Positions 56,100 to 64,000 of a stretch of DNA of 64,000 bases are shown piece by piece. The notes under the pieces were generated by a model. The model ran no database searches and was not told the origin of the DNA. It saw only the letters and a program-made list of their open reading frames with translations. How positions within the stretch are numbered: the first letter of the stretch is position 1; each line of letters opens with the position of its first letter. The stretch is from Ophelia neglecta (lineage: Eukaryota), in contig OZ260663.1 of NCBI GenBank assembly GCA_965285935.1, positions 14,074,001-14,138,000 on the forward strand, written 5' to 3'. Position numbers and translations under genes: made by a program.

Positions 56100-56193
56100 G
56101 AACCGTACAAGAATGCTTTGGACGAGGGGACTTTTGACTTTTCTGACTCGAATCTTATTTTCGCATGGATCAGGAACAATTCACGCATTGAGT
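56097..56193 (+). pseudogene. Relic third copy of the receptor first exon (3' end only, dead donor)
   Basis: Translates HEPYKNALDEGTFDFSDSNLIFAWIRNNSR versus copy A DDPYKETFDEGAFDNFDWDRILAGIRNNSR. Ends AGGAACAATTCACGCA-TTGAGTAT versus functional -GTGAGTAT. Confidence 0.9.
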
Positions 56194-59100
56194 ATTTATA
56201 TTAATTCGTTTTGATTTAGTAATAATATTGTTTCAAAGAAAACTGACTACGTTCTGTATATGAATCACTTTCTTGTCTTTCCAACCCGACCATACCCGAC
56301 CATCAATGCTGTCAAACTATTAGGGTTAACGTAGTTATGTTGAAAAGTATCAATTAGTATTAACTGCATTATTATGGTCATGAAGATTTGTCCGAGGGAC
56401 CAAATCGTAATTTGATCAACGCTGAATGCATGAAGGGAGGGAATTGAGATAGTGTATTGGTATTCACTTTATTACACACTAGCCAAATACTAGGAATGGA
56501 TAATGCAGGTCAATTTTAACCCATGTTTTCTTACGTAATAGTTTTTTCGTTCAATCTTGCCTGCCCGAGTAATCTGATTATGTGATTCAAGTCGTGACCT
56601 ATTTCATCTGGGTAATGTAATCACAAAATGGCAGGTACGACAGTATGACAGTAGAAACCCAACTATTACTAGTAGAACATGAATAAGACACTACCGGAAA
56701 CGACACAAAACCGAAAATAAATTCATCAAGCCTAATACCCTCATTGTTGAGTAGTAAAACTCGTTCCTGTCGTTTTGCGTTGGTTTTTTAATCGGTGAAG
56801 CAGACGTTTCAACTGCATTCGTGTCTTTTTTGAAAACGCATAGTCATTGAGTTTAATATTCATCGACCATGCCTAAAGATTATACATATTCTGCCAGTGA
56901 AATAAATTCGTACCTTCTACCTTTCAAAAATTGAACAATATCTTGATCAAAGCCCTAAAACCATTAGTAAGCAGAGTGATCCATATATGGAGACATAATC
57001 AACAACATTATGGCATTGTTACATAGCAAGCAACCTCCCGTCCATGGCATTATCAATACAATGCTGTGTCTCATATACAACACGCAATACACTCACATTG
57101 GGAAGTATGAAAACATATCAAAGACTCCTCCCATTAGCATATGATTGTTTTTTTCTGACTTTTTCTGGTTTAGTGCGATGACTGAAATAAGGGAAATATG
57201 TTGACTACTTCTCAATGATCGTGTTATCAATAATAATATATTTAATATTTATTTCGGCTTAAGCTTCCTGATGATTTCGGATTGATAAAATGGGCTACTT
57301 TGATTAATAGCTGTGCTTTCTCTGCGGCTTTTCCACTTCCTCGTTTATGAAATTTAGCAAAATATGTCCTGATTACCATAGGAAACATAGATTTGTTACC
57401 AATTGCTCGGTTTAAAAACATGTTTCTAGTGAAGACCGACCAACAATGCTGAAAACGGTTGGTTTTGTACGTAAAGGTAACAACATTAACAAAGCCATGT
57501 GGCACAAGAGCGTCAAGATGTGCCCCTCTTCATGTATCAGATATGAAAGGCAATACATCAAGTTTTCATCTAGGGATGCCTGTTCCATGTTTATTTAGAT
57601 AAAGGAGCCGTCTTGGATTAGTGACCGAATGTGTATAGCGAGCCATGTCAAATCCATTATTCAAAAAGACGATGACCCACAAGCCAACCTATAATCTCCT
57701 CTCACTAGGCTTAGGAATGCTCCATCAGTAGTATATGATATCACACCAGTGTCCAACACTTCCTTGTGATTGCGTGGTGTATATAATTGGCAAATTGATT
57801 GTAATCTATTACGAAACTGCAATCAATGTGCGAATTAAAATGGAACACAGCTTGTGTAAAAAGTCCGTGCGATCATCTAGGCCAATAGTCGGTGCATTTA
57901 TGGGCCAGATAAACTGTACATCGTCTTCGACCATTATAAATTATAGAACCCATTAATTCCTAAGTACTAAAGTGTACAGATAACCAATCTCTGTTTGACA
58001 GATTAATGCCATTCGACAAGCTTTTTTTATTTTGGCTCAAAGTACATAATTAGCATGAACTGATATCCGAAATATACATCAAAACAACATAAAGACCTAT
58101 TCGTTTTTTAAATCTGTTCCAGCTCCAAAATATTAGTGCGCATTGAGGCCATAAGCTAGATAACCATTGCTTTGCAAAGAGATCTTTGTTAATCATGGGC
58201 ACGTCGTTCGCCTTTGATAATTAGAATAAAGCTAATCAGTTCGCTCTTCGCCAGATTGGGTAATATCAATGACCTATAAAAATAAGTGAGAGGTATTATT
58301 TCAATTTGATACAAGACTGTTTAACACAGCGCTTGTCAGTTTTTAATTCAGTCAGCGGTATTATATCAACATGAAACATAACTCCTAAATGACAAGCGCA
58401 GGGTGAAACAGTCATTAATCTCTAAAATAGATCGAAACGCCATAAATAAAATGCTTTGTGGTAACCCACTGGATTCAGGATTTTATTGACGAGGTTATAA
58501 ACGTTATTTATGTGACTTGGAGGATTAGCTCTCTCAGCAAAGCGGGCAGCCCAAAAATTCTTTCGTGTAGACAATTTAATTGCTTTGCTGTTTTTTCGTT
58601 TTCCACGGTGCTTGTAAACATATACAATTTTGGCGGCGGCCTAACAGTTATTTCATGCCACATTTGTATGAATTTGTTTGATTTATATTGCGCTTTGAAA
58701 GGTTCTAAAACATCATTATCGTCAATTTAACCTTTATTTAGCATGTCTAGTGTTCAACATGTATATTGCAATCGCTTTGACTGGGTTTAGGGTTGATTAT
58801 ATGTAGTGTTGCGTGCAACTAAGCAAATGTCAATGTAAGGTCTACAGCCTTTGGCTATTTCTATGCAGAAATATAACTAATATACACTATGTGTACCATG
58901 TACCATAGAAAGTTGTTGCTTGTCTGGAAACTGGTCATATTTTATGATGGTGGCACCATGTTTTGAATTTAAACACGTCTGCCCGTTAAACAGCCGAGGA
59001 GCTCGTTAAACCGCGATATTTGATATACAATGTAAGCCAAGTCAATAGGTCTGTTTTCCTTCGACTTCAACATTATACAGACTGCGGATTAAGTTTGTAC

Positions 59101-61858
59101 GCTTAAACCGACTATTTTGGTGATTTGGGCCGGCTGGTACGGATTTGTAAAATGATGAGGAGATTGGGTCCGAGCTTAATTTCGCATCTTTTATTTGTTA
59201 TTGGATGCCACTGTTTATCGACTTATGGCTGTCACCTGGTTTATGCGAATTTAGTCGTGGCTGCTCTTCTGACGAATACTTTCTTCCATAGGAGCTATAT
59301 ATATAATGACGTAGTTTAGTCATGAACGCCTAGACAATGTTACAAAATCCTTACGCAATCATTCTACCTTTGGTTGGGTTTTCTCCAGTATTTTCATTTG
59401 CATCTCGTGCATATTGTTGAACAAAAATATGTGCTAGATTAACACTCATTTAGTAGAGTTTATATCTTTCCATATTCAATCAAAAAACAATTGAAATAAA
59501 ATTGCCATCTTTTTTAACAATATTCAATGAATGATTGAACTCTCCTTCTAGGCCAGGCAGAGATGATTGAAAACGGTATAAAGACTTTTGGACATTTCAT
59601 TTTCGTAATATGGCTATGAAAATATGGGCATACCTTCACCACATAGGCGATAAATGGGGCTTTAGTGCAGCAAAAATCATTAGATCATTTGATGGCAGTG
59701 CACATTGAAATTGAGTGCATTTGTCCGCTGCATTTATATGTAGTTCGTTGGTGCATTCCCAACCACTAAGCCACTTTGCAGTTTGAGGAAACGCTGTTTG
59801 GAGGATGAATTTTACGTATCTCTGTTGTTATGTTTCTTGAGACAACTCTACCTAGTCTTAACTTGAAGTGAGGGCTCAATACGCCATATTACCAAGGACA
59901 AATTTCATCATGGCCCTGTTTTGACCACTAGATCTTTTGTTTTGTTGTCTGGCTCTCATAATGAAAAACTGTATGTATCTCATTGCAAGTGTTGTCACTT
60001 TTAAGGATTTTTTATGATTACTTCATTTAAACTTTATGTTCTGTGAGGGAGGAGGGGATTTATCGTTTTAGTGGTAATCGGCTGGTGGTTCCTGGTAAAT
60101 TTGTACCACTTTAATTGTCACTTCCTTGCTTTGTAGCCGGGTGTCTACTTCCGTATATCATAAAATAGTAACTGAGTGAGTGTGTTCCCGTCTGTTAGCG
60201 ACGGAATAAGTTACGAGGTGGTCTGGGTCGTACGTGTTATCATCTTATAAATCCATGTTGCCAATGTTTATCACCGGCTAATTGGATCTCAACTAGTTTA
60301 TAGTTACTACGTCTGAGTTGAACCACCGCCTGTACCATGTGCATGTAGATTATTTTAATATCGTCACGCTAACCCACAAACTGTTAAATAGTCAATTTAC
60401 TTGAACAATACTTAAAAGCTTCCATACCGCAACATCGATTTATCTCCTTTCAACACGGCTACCAACATGTCAGAACATGTCACTTTCTGCAAGAACTTGC
60501 AAAACAAATGTGAATTTAGAGTAAAAGCACCTGGATCGCATAGTTTTTGTCAATTAATGCAATGACACTACTCAAATTACTAGTGACAACAATTTATGTA
60601 AAATTCATATTTCCTAAACAGTGGTCGGTTTTCGTAATGTCGGCCGTCTCGTATGTTGATAGGCATAAATATATAACTAGTGAATACAATTTAGCCCAAT
60701 ACATTATCACTCCATGTCGTGAATATCCTATAGATAAGGATGTATTTCAGCATTCAATGCAAGGTCGACAAGGGGTTAACTGTGCTATACACCATTCAAC
60801 TTCACCCGTAACCCATGATTTCAATGCGACTAGTCACATGATATACACCGCTTTATTGTAACACTACAGACGATAAACATCGCTTCCATTCCGGCTGGTA
60901 TGGTTAACAAATGATTACAATCATTTAAACGGTTCGTATATACCTTTTTGTTGATACCGATGTTGTATATGATTGCCAGTCTATTGCATTATGTGTCAGA
61001 AAACGGATTGCGAATGTCCCGTGTGCAAACTATAGCTGGGAATGTCCCATTGATGTAATAATTCAGGCTAACTAGGAGTCCCATGTTTTATCAAGTATTT
61101 TGTCTAGATTATTCCCCCGAGGCGTTAACTTGATCGCGAAGTAGCTGATAAGGGAATAAGTAATGCTGTTGAGGTAATGTAGAAATGTATACGTTCCTGC
61201 GATTGGATTATTTGGGGTTTAACGGGACATAAGCACCATGTTTAGCATCTTTAGGTTGGCTTAATTTCATATGTAAGTCTCAGAATTGTGTTTATTTATA
61301 ATAAAAAAAATGTAGACATTGTATCAGTTATATGTTATTTAGCATTATCGTTATGAAAAATTCTAGGTGTATTTGCCAGGTTTTGGTTCTTATTAAACAG
61401 CATTAGCTCAGGTAGATTAGAAGTGAGTGATTCAATATAAAGGTAAAATCGCGTTTTGAAAGACTCAAAATTTATAATTTGTTTCCATATATCTCCTATA
61501 TGGTTGAACGGATTTTTCTTTTAAATATCTTTATACACGGATTTTTACAATCTATTATATTATACACTTGCAATCATTACGATATGTTGTAAACTAAATC
61601 GTTCAGTTATGGTAACTGAACCAACCCGCACTATTTGGACGGCACTGAATCAGCGACATATCAATAGATTCAATTATATTTTCTATGATATAAGACTGCA
61701 TTTTTGAAAAAAGGGCATCATTGTAAAGAAGTGGTCCTCTGTGACTTAATACCACGACATTTTTAAATGTAAGCACTAGGTTATCTCCACTACTGTATTT
61801 ATTCTTATTACACTGGCATATCGACTTGAAAATCAGTCGCAAATACATATGGCGATGT

Positions 61859-62360
61859 AAGGGGGAAGAGAGCTAAAAGTGGGAGGAGGGAGGGAGGGAA
61901 AAGGCGACATGGGAAAAAGAGGGGGGGGGGGGCGAGGAGGGAAGGAGTGAGAGAGGTATTGAGAGGGAAAGAGAAGGGGAGAAAGGGAGGGAGGGGGAAG
62001 GTGGGGAGCAGTAGAGGAAGACGGGAAGGAGGGAAGGAGAATGGGACTGAAACAAGAAAGGAGGCGAGGAGGTAGAAGCGAAAGGAGGGAGGGAAGGGTG
62101 GAGGAGGGAAGGAAGTAGGGAGGGATGGAGGCATTGAGGGAGAGAAGGAGGGAGCGAGGAGAGATCCTTTAAGGGACAGGATGGAAGGAGGGGGTAGGAG
62201 ACACAGAGAAGGAAGGAGTAAGTGAAGGAATGAGGGGGAGGAGGGAGGGAAGGAATGAAGGAGGGAGGGAGTTATGAGGTGGCGAGGGAAGAAAGGATGC
62301 AAGGGGGAAAGGTGAGTTGGAGAGAGGGGGAAACCGAAGGAAGTTTTGAAGGGGGGCAGG
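61859..62360 (+). repeat. About 500-bp G/A-rich low-complexity polypurine tract
   Basis: Near-continuous GGAG/GGAA/GGGA repeats; explains the Pro/Ser/Leu-rich minus-strand ORFs. Confidence 0.9.
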
Positions 62361-62642
62361 GTGCCACTGGTGTCATTCAGTAGGCTAGTAGGTACACCAT
62401 TGCCTATATTTGACCACCTTGATCCGGCCCACCCTATCTCCTACCCCGCACCCCCCACCCTAAGTCCGATCGACCAATCCCAACAGTCACTATTAAGAAT
62501 GCTCACCTGTTTATCAAGTCTCAGTCATTCTGTATATGTTAGCTTCGAATTTGAGGTAGGTGATCAACCGCATGGTTATAGATCCCGTAGAGCATATACG
62601 GATTACAAGACGTCTTTGCGCTGATCACAGGAGAAATTGGAT

Positions 62643-63069
62643 AATTATCGTTCACACCTGTGGATGCCATTGGCCAAGGATAATGTCCCATTGGTGTTTT
62701 GGTATCAGCAACGTGGCAGGAGCCTAGACATTGCGATATAGCATGAATACACAGGTATACTAGTTTCCGTGTTATGGTCTAGTTTAATAGCAGCCGCCGC
62801 TGATGTCTGACAACATGTTAAATGGAACGAACAGTTAATTTTTATTGCTTGGTGTGTGTGTTAATTAAGCATCAGTTAGTCAAGGCGGTTTAATTGAAAT
62901 GTTTGGCATGAAGTTTGAAACTGTGCCAGGTCAGAGCAGGTCACACTCGCTCTCGGCACTTCAAATCAGCGACAAGGTTTAAAGGCGATCATTAATAGCG
63001 ACCTGTGAGTCCCGTAATCTTTAGGCAAACTCGGCGGAAACACATTGTGCTCACACAAAGTACTATTCA
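62643..63069 (+). promoter_or_regulatory. Putative promoter/5'UTR block of copy B
   Basis: Homologous to 46210-46679; Inr-like TCAGTT at 62872. Confidence 0.6.
62928..62943 (+). promoter_or_regulatory. Perfect DR4 nuclear receptor response element
   Basis: AGGTCA-gagc-AGGTCA; homologous site retained in copy A. Confidence 0.55.
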
Positions 63070-63937
63070 ATGCTAAAGAAAGTATTGGAAATCATTAAAA
63101 TGGCGGAAAGTATAGTGTTGTTTACAGCCGCCGGCAGATTGGATGAAAACAGGCCCAGTTTTGCAATATTATTTTCCTTTATGAGTATTTTGGCCGTTGT
63201 TTCGGGGAATATTTTCACGGCGGAGAATGTACAGGTAGTCCGGCTAGGAATTATTCTTCCCAAGAAACCCCCGACTCATTGCTCGAGCATAGAAGAGATT
63301 CAGCCGGTCATGGATTTCGCCTTGGGACGGGTTAACAATGGCTTATTGGATAACATAAGCAGTGTTGAGGGTATAATCGGGGCGGATAACGAGCTTAAAC
63401 AGGGGGAGATACTTGTCAGGAACTTAGGGGGTAATATTGTTCGGCTTCAGGCCAAGTATGTTGATTCCCAGTGCTCGGATCTTTATGCCCCGATCGCCGC
63501 CATGAATCTATTTTATAACCGGGAGGTGGATGTTTACTTCGGGCCGTGCTGTAAATATGCCTTGTCTCCCGTGGCCAGATACACAAACATTTGGGGGCTG
63601 CCCGTCATTACGCCCGGGGGACTAACGGAAGCCTTCAACGACAAGACGGAGTTCCCTCTCCTGACTCGCTTCGTGGCCCCCTACGACAAACTGGCCAAGT
63701 TCATAACGCGGATGTTAGTGTTTTTCGGATGGCGAAATGCCGGGATTCTTTGGCACAATAACATACTATATCGTTCTCTGGGCAGCTCGGAATGTGAACA
63801 AGTCGCCACATCATTAATCAGACTTATGCGAATCATGCCGGAATTTGTTGAAACATACAAAGAAATATTCGACGAACATGCTTTCGACCAATTCGACTGG
63901 GATAATGTTTTGTTCGGGATAAGGAACAATTCACGCA
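63070..63937 (+). CDS. First coding exon (copy B) of the same NPR-type receptor guanylyl cyclase
   Basis: Paralog of copy A with the same motifs and same phase-1 donor CGCA|GTGAGT (GT at 63938-63939). Start is ATG 63070 or, with better context (aaaATGg), 63100. Confidence 0.92.
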
Positions 63938-64000
63938 GTGAGTATCTAACATATCTGTTATAATTAGGCTTCCATCGATAAAATCACAACCTACTGATTC

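Noticed and set aside
61808-62302. 164-aa Pro/Ser/Leu-rich ORF
   Set aside because: By-product of the polypurine tract.

Overview
AT-rich animal genomic DNA, probably from a marine invertebrate (inferred from the repeat content), and about 97% non-coding. Almost all ORF-track entries look spurious. The only convincing host coding sequence is two tandem + strand copies of the first coding exon (signal peptide plus N-terminal ANF-receptor ligand-binding domain) of an NPR-type receptor guanylyl cyclase: 46680-47502 and 63070/63100-63937. Both end in the identical phase-1 donor CGCA|GTGAGT. Each has a homologous upstream block with an Inr-like TCAGT and a conserved DR4 nuclear-receptor element. 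A third, dead copy with a GT>TT donor mutation lies between them (56097-56193), and I found no exon 2 or TM/kinase/cyclase exon between the copies. The best hypothesis is an array of variable first exons (protocadherin/UGT1A style) splicing to shared downstream exons outside the window. The upstream 46 kb holds two well-formed recursive-splice-site candidates on the same strand (AG|GTAAGT at 730/731 and 40383/40384), each followed by a second GTAAGT donor 48 and 64 nt later. Also present: a full tRNA-derived SINE, a 5'-truncated L2/CR1-group LINE, several MITEs, local duplications and G/purine-rich tracts. All identities are manual counts; no searches were run.
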